Assembly (NCBI GenBank): GCA_051294375.1
Contig: JBJCIZ010000172.1
Location: forward strand, 1-23,868
Direction: 5' to 3'
Origin: Paraspadella gotoi
Lineage: Eukaryota > Animalia > Chaetognatha
Length of the DNA: 23,868 nt
A program made the position numbers and the translations under genes. Each line of letters opens with the position of its first letter. The stretch's first letter is position 1. Shown piece after piece: positions 9,599 to 19,342 of this stretch. The notes below the pieces were generated by a model. It had not been told where the DNA came from and did not search any database. It saw nothing but the letters and a program-made list of their open reading frames with translations.

Positions 9599-10275
9599 CT
9601 CGCCAACCCCCATCACCCTTGGGGACGCAATGGAGGGGCGAGGACCAAGCACTCTTGGCTCATACAGCAACGCCAAGCTCAACCATCTTGTCAAGTTCCG
9701 CTTTGGCTACAGCCAGCTTTTCGGGAGATAGGCGGCGTGCGCGTGCTTGGCATGGCCGGCCTTGCGTCGTGATATAGTGTCGAATGCCATGCTTTGGCTT
9801 CTTTTTCTCAAAGGTTGGAGTACAGAGCTCTGGATACTGGTCGAGGAGCTTGTAGTAACGGTTGTCCTGGCCGACAAAATGGACGTGAGCGGGAGTTTGA
9901 CCATGTGAACGGGCGCAAGTTATAGTCGAGTAATCTTTAAGATCTAATAAAAGACCATCGCGATGATTTGGTGCAAGAAAAAACTCGGCCAGGAAGTCAG
10001 CGCCCAATATAGATTGCGTCACATCGGCAATTAAAACTTCAAAAGGAAATCTTCGTGGGCCGAGAGTGATGTTTTTGTGAATTGTGCCAAAGTATGTAAT
10101 TGGTGTGCCATTGGCGGCTTGTAATTGTGGACCAGAAGGGCCCGCGGTGCGCTGCTCGGGCGTGGGTGGAACCAGAGATAACATAGCTCCGCCGTCAATC
10201 AACCACGCTCTCCCGTCACTCGCGTCAATGACGTGAAGTAGAAACGAATCCGATGGTGATTTTTTGTGAATTTTC
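9599..10275 (-). pseudogene. pol: Aspartic protease and RT N-terminus of element 2
   Basis: WLIDGGAMLSLVP, LQAANGTPI, ILGADFL, HGIRHYITT, RRLSPEKL..AKAELDKMVELG, in-frame stop, then WSSPLHCVPKGDGGWR; truncated there. Confidence 0.93.
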
Positions 10276-11471
10276 GGCTTGTTGATGTTTAGTAAGGCCA
10301 TATTCAGATCGCAGATAATCAATGAAAGAATTCCATCTGGCCTCAGATGGATCCCCATAGAGAAAGGCATTGATCCGTGGGTCAATGTCGACGGAAATTT
10401 TTGCCTCCAAGAAAGCAAATTTGTCCTTAGCTGAGGACACTCTTGCCCTCGTATAGGCTGCCTCAATTCGTCGAATCCAAATTTCGATGTTCTCGCGATC
10501 GAAGGGCGGCAACTCAGGTTTTTGTGGCTTTTCCGCCCTTGTTAGAGCGTCCTGGGCGGCGCGAGTGGCCGTCATTGCGGCGTCGAGGGCCGCAAGTAGT
10601 GCATCAACTTCCGCCTGCATTGGCTGCGATTCTGCCATGGTCACTAAGGCGTAGTAAAATTTCTAAATTTAACTTTAATTAAAATTCTAAAAGTGAGGAA
10701 TGAACAACATTATACTAATAAACATTTATGTAATAAAAAAATTTATAATAAATTTTACAATTTACGCAGTAGGCCATATTTATACTAGTACTAATACAAT
10801 AAATATTAAAATTTTAAAACAGTTTTTTCTAAAATTTTTTTGCAGATTTGGATTCGTCATAAAAAGTTGATAAAAAGAAATATAACTCTTTTTGAAAAAT
10901 TCCTTCATTAAGTGGGTCAAAAATTAGAAAAAGCTATATTTTAAGCTGAAAATTAACTTTTTATATATTAAATGTAGTTTTTTAAATTTTTAACCCACTT
11001 AATGAAAGAATTTTTAAAAATGATTTATATTTTCTTTTATCAACTTTTGACGAGGAATTCAAATCTGCAATCAAAATTAAGAAAAGCATATTTTGAAATT
11101 TTTCGATTTTATAAGGATAGTACTATATATAAATATAGCCTACTGCGAAAATTAAAACACATAAAATTAATTTTTTTTACATATTAATATTCACTGATGG
11201 TATGTTGTTCATAATTGACATTTAGAATTTTCGTATGTAACTTTCACTACGCCTTAATGGTCACAGGTGCGTCTTCAAACTCTTCTTTGACGTTAGGAGG
11301 AAAAACAAAGACTTCAGTGATTAGCGGCGTCGATTGACGAGTTGGAGGTGCGTCGGTTTCTTCGTCGGCTGGGCTGGGCAATGGTGAACTGCGGCCGCGG
11401 CCTCGTAGAGAGGGAGGGCGAAGAGAAACGGACTGTGACCTTGTGATAACGCCTTGAGCGGGCAGCGGCAT
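10276..11471 (-). pseudogene. gag: gag of element 2, split by a MITE and internally deleted
   Basis: Removing the MITE plus one TSD joins ORF 11247-11471 in frame to 10225-10644 (..DAPVT-MAESQ..); KPELPPFDRENIEIWIRRIEA..DKFAFL is a gypsy capsid N-terminal pattern. Confidence 0.88.
10645..11256. mobile_element. hAT-type MITE, copy 2 (612 bp) with 8-bp TSD
   Basis: TIRs TAAGGCGTAGT / ACTACGCCTTA; perfect TSD ATGGTCAC at 10637-10644 and 11257-11264. Confidence 0.95.
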
Positions 11472-11546
11472 CTACTGGGCTGCTAGTTTTTACTCCTGAA
11501 GGCTGGTGGGCGTCTCAAATCCTGTTGAGAAGCGTTAATCGTTCGT

Positions 11547-11560
11547 CGTTGGGATCACCA
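11547..11560 (-). promoter_or_regulatory. Primer binding site of element 2 (tRNA-Trp-like)
   Basis: TGGTGATCCCAACG lies one base after the LTR end ...GCCACA; resembles TGGTGACCCCGACG. Confidence 0.7.
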
Positions 11561-11561
11561 A

Positions 11562-11914
11562 TGTGGCGAATTGGCCGTGAGGCGTTAAAAAATTCGTAAG
11601 GTTGACGGCCAGCTTCGCCAACTTCTTAGAGACATAGGCGTCGGAGAGGATCGTCGAAGACTCAGAAGATGGCGTCAAACTTGATAAAGTTTTGGTTCAA
11701 CTTTAAGTTGGTTAAAAGCGTCTTAAACAAAGTCTTATTTTGTTCACCATAAAATCGTTATTGAATACCTTAATAAAATAATCAAAGCATATAGATATTC
11801 AATAACGATCATGCAATAGCAATCAATAACAATCAATAACAATCAATGAAAATCATTGTAACAATAAATAAACAATAATTAAATCATTAATTAAATAATA
11901 ATGTTTAATCGAAT
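11562..11914 (-). repeat. Partial 5' LTR of element 2
   Basis: Ends TTCGCCACA next to the PBS; outer boundary not identifiable and no second copy in the window. Confidence 0.65.
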
Positions 11915-12126
11915 TCCTTTATTTGGAGAATCAAAGTGAAATGCTTCACACAACAAAAATATATGATTTTACTACTAGTGTGAGTTACTGGTCTATAAAG
12001 TTTCTATTGTTCCTTTGTTTCATAATAGGTATTTTAACATATTACAATACTAATAGAATAATTAAAGTATCTGATTAATATAAGCCATAGTGGCGATAGT
12101 CACTGATTGACCGAGAGTGAGCCGAG
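11915..12126. repeat. Right arm of 212-bp inverted repeat (uninterrupted)
   Basis: Reverse complement equals 1971-2072 joined directly to 9489-9598. Confidence 0.95.
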
Positions 12127-12723
12127 GTTTTCTAATTTGAACTCTTTCCACTCCTACGATTCCATCAAAAAATTCATATCCAGCTTTATCACATACTTTC
12201 CTACCCACACACAAAATTCAATTTCGATTTATCTATCCAATTTTTAATAAACATAATAATTATGAGTAAATTTAAGTAAAAATACTTCAAGTAAATATGA
12301 CTTATGTTTTTTTCCATTTTACCTCATTTCCACTCGCACGATTCCATTGAAACTTTATATCCAGCTCAATCACACACTTTCCTACCATCATACAAAACTT
12401 CAAGTCAATTGCCCTATCCACTCATGAGCATTGGCGTTCAAATAGTGAAATATATTTTTTTGTTTTTTCCATTTAAACCAATTTCCACTCGCACGATTCC
12501 CTCCAAACTTCAAATCCATTTCAATCACACAGTTTCCTACCCACATTCAAATTTTCATACCAATCCATCCATCCAATCACGAGTAATTGGAGTTTTTTGC
12601 TAAGGTGGGACGGTTGGACGGACGGACGGACGGACGGACGGACATCATTTTTTTTGCATAATTTATCTTTATTATTGTACATGTTTGTAACACTAAGAGT
12701 CGAAACATGTACAATAATAAAAA
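12127..12723 (-). mobile_element. Helentron/DINE-1-like non-autonomous element (family C), partial
   Basis: Terminal 19-bp perfect palindrome (12668-12686 / 12703-12721), GTCC microsatellite on the minus strand, and tandem ~170-190-bp internal repeats. Confidence 0.65.
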
Positions 12724-12935
12724 TAACAAGTTTGAGCAAACAATGTCGGATCTGCCTACGATAATTAATTAATTAATAGATTAATTAATTAATTAATTAA
12801 TTAATAGATTAATTAATTATTTTAATAATTAATTATAATTTATATTCAGCTTGTCATCATCGATATGCTTAAAATTGAGTCAGGACAGTTATTAAATGTT
12901 TTGTTTACATTTTATCAAAACAAACAAATATCCTC

Positions 12936-13261
12936 TATTATCGAGCCAGGCGGGCAAAGCCCGTCCTGGCTAGATTTTGATTCGGTTTAGCTTTCGGTCA
13001 CGCTTTTTTGCAATCATGGCTTCTAAAGTGTGATATCATAGGGAGTTGAAATTTCATATATGGCTTCTAAGATCAAGATCTTTAAAATTCTCATGTTTCA
13101 TATCAATATTCGTATTTGTTTATGTTTTATTTACAAAACAAAAATTATATCTCTCTCTTTCTTTTAAATATATGTCGCTCTCTCTCTCTCTCTTTTCTCC
13201 GTCACTGCTTCTTCTGATTTGTCTAAAAACGAGTTCCGGCTCTGCAGCGTCTGTCCAGCTT

Positions 13262-13294
<33 letters not shown>

Positions 13295-13742
13295 TACAAA
13301 AAAAATTTTAGATATAATGTGGGCTCACTAATGTAAAAAACGATGCCGCGAACAGGGTGCGAACCCGCGTCCTTTGGGTAGAGAAGAGCTCACGCTACGT
13401 CCGGCGCCATAGGTACTGCTGATTCTTTAACGAGTAAAGGGGCTGTAGAGCTTCTCTCTCTCTCTCTCTCTCTCTTTTAATTATTATATATCGCTCTTTC
13501 TCTCTCTCTTTTTCTCTGCAGCGGCTGTCTCTCTCTCTCTCTCTTTTTCTCTCTGTGTGTGTCTGTCCCTCTCTGTCCCATCTCTTGCGTGATCGTTTGT
13601 TTTTTGAAAAATTCTGATTATTTTTTTCCTTCTAAAAACTTTTTATTATTACCATTTATTCCGCGCTTTTTTTTCAATACAAAATCCCATATTTTCATCC
13701 GAGATTTTTCGTGGATTTATTCTCTTTCTTTCTCTCTCTCTT

Positions 13743-13807
<65 letters not shown>

Positions 13808-14125
13808 TTCACTCATACACGCATTTGTTTGTTTTATTGACTATCATCGCATCAATGAATGACAATCATCGCATCAGTGAATGACTATCATCACAGCAGT
13901 GAATGACTATCATCGCATCAATAATTGATTATCATCGAATCAATAATCAATTCCTATTACATCAATAAATTACTATTACATCAATCAATTAGTATTACCT
14001 CAATCAATTACTATTACATCAATAATTCGTTATCGCATGATTCATTCGTTTTTTTCCCGGGTTTTTTCATTAATTTTCTTTGATAGTGGGCTCTGGCTCG
14101 ATCTTGAGTCTTTTAAGATTTTTTT
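12936..14125 (+). mobile_element. Helentron/DINE-1-like element (family A, copy 1)
   Basis: Subterminal IRs atcgagccag (12940-12949) and ctggctcgat (14093-14102); 5' hairpin 12944-12971; 3' stem-loop atcttga..ttaagat then a T run; internal (CT)n and 22-bp minisatellite. Confidence 0.75.
13343..13412 (-). other. tRNA-derived segment inside the family A element
   Basis: Minus strand TGGCGCCGGACG (A-box-like)...GCGGGTTCGCACCCTGT (B-box/T-arm-like). Confidence 0.55.
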
Positions 14126-14138
14126 ATTTTATGTCTCT

Positions 14139-14176
<38 letters not shown>

Positions 14177-14197
14177 ACTCTCTCTCTTTCTCTCTCA

Positions 14198-14229
<32 letters not shown>

Positions 14230-15887
14230 TTTTATGCAATAGCGACGATCCTTATGCTTTTAAGATTTTTTTAACTTGCATCATTTTTTCAACTTGCATA
14301 ATTTTTTCAACTTGCATTCCGTCAAAACTTTATATCTAGCTTCTTCACTCACTTTCCTACCGGCTCACAAAATTTCATCTCAATCTATCATGGGTTAAAA
14401 TAAATAAAAAGATTCAAGTAAATGTGACTCATATTTTTTTCATTTAAACTCATTTCCACTGGTACGTTTCCACTGAAACTTTATATCAAGCTTCGTCAAA
14501 CATTTTCCTACCCACACACAAAATTTCAACTCAATCTATCCATCCAATTATGAATAATTAGAGTATTTATTGGTTAAAATAAGTAAAAAGATTTTAGTAA
14601 ATTCGACTTATGTTTTTTCCATTTAAACTAATTTCCACTCACACGATTCCATCGAATCCAGCTTTATCACACACTTTCCTACTCACACACAAAATTTATT
14701 TCCAATCCAACCAGCCAATCACGAGTTATTGGAGCTTTTTGCTATGATGGGACGGATGGACGGATTGATTGACTAATTAATTAATTATTGATTAATTTAT
14801 TTACTAATTGATTAATTAACTGATTAATTATTTGATTTATTAATACATCCTGCATATACATTGAATATAAAAGGAAAAAGAAGCATAATCAATTAGTAAA
14901 ACAGGTTTTTTGTTTTTTTCCATTTAAACTCATTTCCACTCAAACTATTCCATCGAAACTTGATTTCCTGTTCAATCACACACTTTCCTACCCACATACA
15001 AAATTCCAGGTCAATCAGCCCATCCACTCATGAGCAATTGGTGTTCAAATAGTGAATATATTTTTTTTGTTTTTTCCATTTAAACTCATTTCCACTCGGA
15101 CGATTCCATCGAAACTTCATATCCAGCTCAATCACACACTTACCTATCCTCACACAAAATTTCATTTTAATCCATCAATCCAATCACGAGTAATTGGTGT
15201 TTTTTGCTAAGGTGGGACGGACGGACGGACGGACGGACGGACGGACGGACGGACGGACGGACATCATTTTTTTTTGCATAATTTATCATAATTCGATGTT
15301 CTGACATGATATAAGTGTGTGCCCGACAATATTGAGGGGGCGGACCGACGGACCGACAAAGTGAGTTATAGAGTCGGGATCTGCTGATAAGCAGATCCGA
15401 CTAAAAAGGCAGAAATGAGGGAGAATATATGATTGAAATGATTGAAATGAATTGAAATGAATGAAATGATTGAAAGCTTGCAGGGACCTGCTATGTCATT
15501 ATCTTGTAAGAGTGATGGAGGCCTGAAACCACCAAAGCCTGTCCAAAGTCAGGGGCAAGATAGCTTATTATATTAAATTATATTAAATTATATTAAATTA
15601 TATATTAAATTTTATTAAATTATATATATTAAATGAATGGATAATTTTTATATTGGTTGTACCAATTTCATATGTACTACTGAAAAGGCAAAAAAAAAGA
15701 CGTCAAAAAAAAGGAACTGGAGGGAAAAATCGGAGGAGTAGAGAGAGGTAGAGAGAGGAGAAGAAGTAGAAGTCGAAGAAGTGAAAACTGGGTGAGCCTC
15801 GAGCCCTGGGTGCTGGGAGGAGGAAGAGGAGGATGAATGCGTGGCTGACGAGACACGAGACTCGCGCTCGGGCTGGTTTGGTCGTTG

Positions 15888-15927
<40 letters not shown>

Positions 15928-15968
15928 TCTATCTTTCTTATTGCTTTTTATTTCTTTATTTCTTTATT

Positions 15969-16697
15969 TATTATCGAGCCAGGACAGGCTTCGCCTGGTC
16001 CTGGCTCTATAATGTTTTAGGATTGCTTCTTTGTGACGTAGTCGTCGTCGTCGTCGTCGGTCGTCGCACGCTGTTTTATATAAAAACTACTGCGCTTTTA
16101 TAGTTTTGGCTGGGACTTACCGTTTTTTTTTAAATAAAAATTATTATGAATTACAATGAAGTTTTATAAAAGTGTGCCATCATAGTAAGTTAAAAATTTA
16201 GATATGGCTTTTCATCTTGAAATAGCTGTGATATTTTCATATTACATTTGGATTTAAGTATTTTTTGTTTGAATTTCCACTTCATTATGATTTACTGCAA
16301 TATGCAAATGAGATTAAAGTACTCATTATAATATCCAAATTAGTATATAGAAATGCTTCTTTCTCTCTCTCTCTCTTTCACTCATACACGCATTTGTTTG
16401 TTATATTTACGATCATCGCGTCAATGAATGACTATCATCGCATTAATGAATGACTATCATCGAATCAATGAAAGATTATCATCACATCAATGAATGACTA
16501 TCATCGCATCAATCATTTGGTTATCATCACATCAATCATTTGGTTATCATCACATCAATAATTTCGTTATCATCGGCATCAATTATTGGTTATCATCGCA
16601 TCAATATTTGGTTTTCATCGCATAAATAATTGGTTACCATCGCATCAATAATCAATTACTTGCTGGCTCGATCCTTATGCTTTTAAGATTTTTTTTT
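15969..16697 (+). mobile_element. Helentron/DINE-1-like element (family A, copy 2)
   Basis: atcgagccag (15973) with hairpin, (GTC)n, 22-bp tatcatcgcatcaat minisatellite, ctggctcgat (16663), stem-loop and T run. Confidence 0.75.
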
Positions 16698-16819
16698 ATT
16701 CCTTTATTTCTTTTTTTCTTTCTTTATTTCATCTTTCTTTTTCTTTCACTCTCTCTCTCTCTCTCTTTCTCTCTTCCGAATTTCACATTCTCATCGTTAA
16801 ATTCGTTCTCTCATTCCAG

Positions 16820-17010
16820 ACCCTGGCTTCAAAACAAGGGAGCATGCCGAAGCCACGTGTCGAGAGTGGAACCCGGACGCGGAGGTGGCAGCCTTCAACA
16901 CCTACCAAGAGTTCCTCGTGGTGGAGGATATGTTGAAGAAAACGATCGAGCGAAATCCAACCAAGTCCTACATGGCGCGGAAGGCGATGAAGTTGCTCGT
17001 TCAGAACGAG
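16820..17010 (+). CDS. Host gene exon A (phase 1 to 0), C-type lectin-like domain N-terminus
   Basis: Acceptor ctctcattccag, donor GAG|gtgacg; translates PGFKTREHAEATCREWNPDAEVAAFNTYQEFLVVEDML..., matching the CTLD pattern kt..eAe..C....a.la.i.s..E. Confidence 0.75.
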
Positions 17011-17271
17011 GTGACGCGAGCGGATTGAGAACGATCGACAGTGACGACAGCTTTAAGCCTAAAAGTTTTAATTGCGATGTTGTGGAAAAACATTCACTAT
17101 CACCACCCGCCAATCCGCGCAACCCCGGCGGTGTCAGGGCGAGCATTCTCTCTTCCCACCAAACGGCCTTGGTTCGCCCCCCATTGGTGTTAATGCGAGT
17201 AAGCCGGACGGGACGTCTAACCTGTAGTGGCAGAATACCATGCAATCCGAAGTTCTGAAACTTGCAAATAT

Positions 17272-17356
17272 TCTGTCTGTGTAGCACTAAAATCTCATTG
17301 ACTGTGAGTCACAGTCACAGTCAAAGTCAATGAGATTTTAGTGCTACAAAGACAGA
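17272..17356. repeat. Long hairpin (about 36-bp stem, 2 mismatches)
   Basis: tctgtctgtgtagcactaaaatctcattgactgtga pairs with tcaaagtcaatgagattttagtgctacaaagacaga. Confidence 0.9.
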
Positions 17357-17521
17357 GTGACGGGTTTTTGAATGAAAAAAGATCAAAACATTTTTTCGAT
17401 GTCGTTTGACAGTGACGGTTGAATGATAAATGATCAAAAGTTTTTTTGCAAATGATATAAGCTAAGAACAAAATATTGTTTGGCAGTTTGGCAGTGTCAT
17501 CGACAGTGAATGACAAAAGAT

Positions 17522-17869
17522 AAAAATCTTAAAAGAATAGGATCGAGCCTACATTCAATGATAACCAAATGATGCGATGATAACCAAAGGATTGATGCGA
17601 TGATAACCAAATGATTGATGCGATGATAACCAAATATTGATGCGATGATAACCAATAATTGATGCGATGATAACCAAATGATCGATGTGATGATAACCAA
17701 ATGATTGATGTGATAATAACCAAATGGTTGATGGGATGATAGTCATTCATTGATGTGATGATAATCATTCATTGATACGATGATAGTCATTCATTGATGC
17801 GATGATAGTCATTCATTGACGCAATGAATCATTCATCATAAATAAAACAAACAAATGCGTGTATGAGTG

Positions 17870-17907
<38 letters not shown>

Positions 17908-18100
17908 AAAGAGAGAGAGAAAGAAAGAGAATAAATCCACGAAAATCTCGGATGTAAATTTGGGATTTTGCATTGAGAAAAAAGCGCGGAAAAAATAGCG
18001 ATAATAAAAGTTTTTCAAAATTTAAAAAAAACGATCACGCAAGAGATCGTACAGAGAGAGACAGAGAGAGACAGAAAGAGAGAGACAGACAGACAGAGAG
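17522..18100 (-). mobile_element. Helentron/DINE-1-like element (family A, copy 3), 5'-truncated
   Basis: Reverse complement of the family A 3' end (aaaatcttaaaag..gatcgagcc), the minisatellite and the 13560-13850 segment. Confidence 0.75.
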
Positions 18101-18185
18101 TGAAGAGAAAAGGCCGAGACCGACGGAGACGGTCAGTTTCGACGATTGACTGATCGACCGGACAGGGACTGACCCGACTCTTTCC

Positions 18186-18188
<3 letters not shown>

Positions 18189-18245
<57 letters not shown>
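18189..18245. repeat. (CT)n microsatellite
   Basis: Perfect dinucleotide run just upstream of the exon B acceptor. Confidence 0.95.
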
Positions 18246-18247
<2 letters not shown>

Positions 18248-18260
18248 AACTTTACCTTAG

Positions 18261-18411
18261 ACAGACTCAAACAAGACAAATTCAGTTTTACTAGATCACA
18301 TTTTTAGAGACAGACCAACTTTTATCACGATTCCCTACGATTTTCTCTGGAACATCAACTATTTCCTTACGACTTTTCCACGGACGCCGTTATTTTCTCC
18401 GGAGATTTTTT
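18261..18411 (+). CDS. Host gene exon B (phase 0 to 1)
   Basis: Acceptor tttaccttag, donor T|gtatga; open frame TDSNKTNSVLLDHIFRDRPTFITIPYDFLWNINYFLTTFPRTPLFSPEIF; phases fit exons A and C. Confidence 0.6.
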
Positions 18412-18534
18412 GTATGATTTTTGCTGGATTTCTGTTTGATTTACGCTGGATTTTCGTCTGATTTACATTTTTATTACATTTATTTACATTTTACGATTCG
18501 ACCTTTTTATTATTTGCTTTTGAGAGATCTCCAG

Positions 18535-18660
18535 TTATATACGACGTTCGGGAGTCTTGTCAGATGCAGTTGAGCCTCCCTCACGACGAGCCATTCCTAC
18601 CCTGCGACGCGGGAGAGCCAAGTCTTCTCTACAGTAAGAAAATATCCATCGCCTCAACGG
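18535..18660 (+). CDS. Host gene exon C (phase 1 to 1)
   Basis: Acceptor ctccag, strong donor G|gtaagc; open frame IYDVRESCQMQLSLPHDEPFLPCDAGEPSLLYSKKISIAST. Confidence 0.65.
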
Positions 18661-18908
18661 GTAAGCTTGGTTTTATGATTGACATGAATTGGATTAATGC
18701 CATTTTTAAAGCTTGGTTACGCCAACCTTAGGATCGGAACCGACATCTATCCAAACAAGGTGATCGGATCAAAGTTGATTGATTGATTGATTGATTTATT
18801 GGTTAGGTCGAATGATTAACCGATTGATGCATTAATTGGACTCTTGAATGATTTATGATTTTTTTTTTTTGCTTCTACTGCCGTCCGATTTGATATTTTG
18901 AACCAGTG

Positions 18909-19342
18909 TGTTTGAGCTGCCATCGGTTTAATAATATCAAAATTGTTTATTTTGCTGACTTTCTCTAGACGACGACCGAGAATCCAACGATGTTTTAAAA
19001 TGTTATTGATATTGATGCAATCGCGATAGTTCAAGTTGTTTCCAAAACAAACAATGATTTAAAAACGATAAAAACACTTTAAAAGCAACACCTTAAAATC
19101 AACGTGAAAACGTTCGACGTCGCGGCTTAACGAGGCAACTGCCTCTGACTTTTCTTAAATTTCAAACGTTAAAATAACCCAGATATTTGCTTTCTCTTCA
19201 TATTAATCGTTGTCGTCGTCGTCGCGACGTTCCGTCGCGAATCAGGAAACTTGGACTCGGATGTCGAAATCTCTGCCGTCGAACGTTGAGCCGTCCTGCC
19301 CCTACGGCGACGCCCGCGGTGCGCACCGCGAACGCCAATACA
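18909..19342 (-). repeat. 3' LTR of element 3
   Basis: Direct repeat of 23302-23732, adjacent to the PPT (19343-19354). Confidence 0.93.

Larger units (their letters stand above)
9599..11914 (-). mobile_element. Truncated Ty3/gypsy LTR retrotransposon (element 2)
   Basis: Partial LTR, PBS, gag, protease and RT N-terminus in order; cut at both ends by the inverted repeat arms. Confidence 0.92.
12722..15407 (-). mobile_element. Helentron/DINE-1-like element (family B) with a nested insertion
   Basis: 5' palindrome 15372-15402 beside a T run; matching 11-bp subterminal IR gtcggatctgc at 12745-12755 followed by a small stem-loop; (GGAC)n at about 15214-15262; tandem ~170-190-bp repeats at 14320-15210. 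Confidence 0.65.

Noticed and set aside
12095-12126. Hammerhead ribozyme / Penelope pseudo-LTR reading of the inverted arms
   Set aside because: ctgattga does not match the CUGANGA core, no properly placed GAAA or stems, and no GIY-YIG or RT sequence.
13046-14339. Leu/Ser/Phe-rich ORFs (also the ER-repeat ORF at 18015-18248)
   Set aside because: Translations of (CT)n/(GA)n microsatellites.
15700-15797. Possible upstream exon ending at G|gtgagc (15791)
   Set aside because: The frame needed to join exon A contains an immediate TGA, and no clear acceptor is visible.
16677-17258. 193-aa ORF (+) and antisense 130-aa ORF
   Set aside because: Starts in a repeat-derived T/CT tract; the recognisable lectin-like peptide is in a different frame bounded by splice sites.
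13840-17830. 22-bp tandem repeats as a CRISPR array
   Set aside because: Head-to-tail degenerate minisatellite with no unique spacers and no cas genes, in a eukaryotic context.
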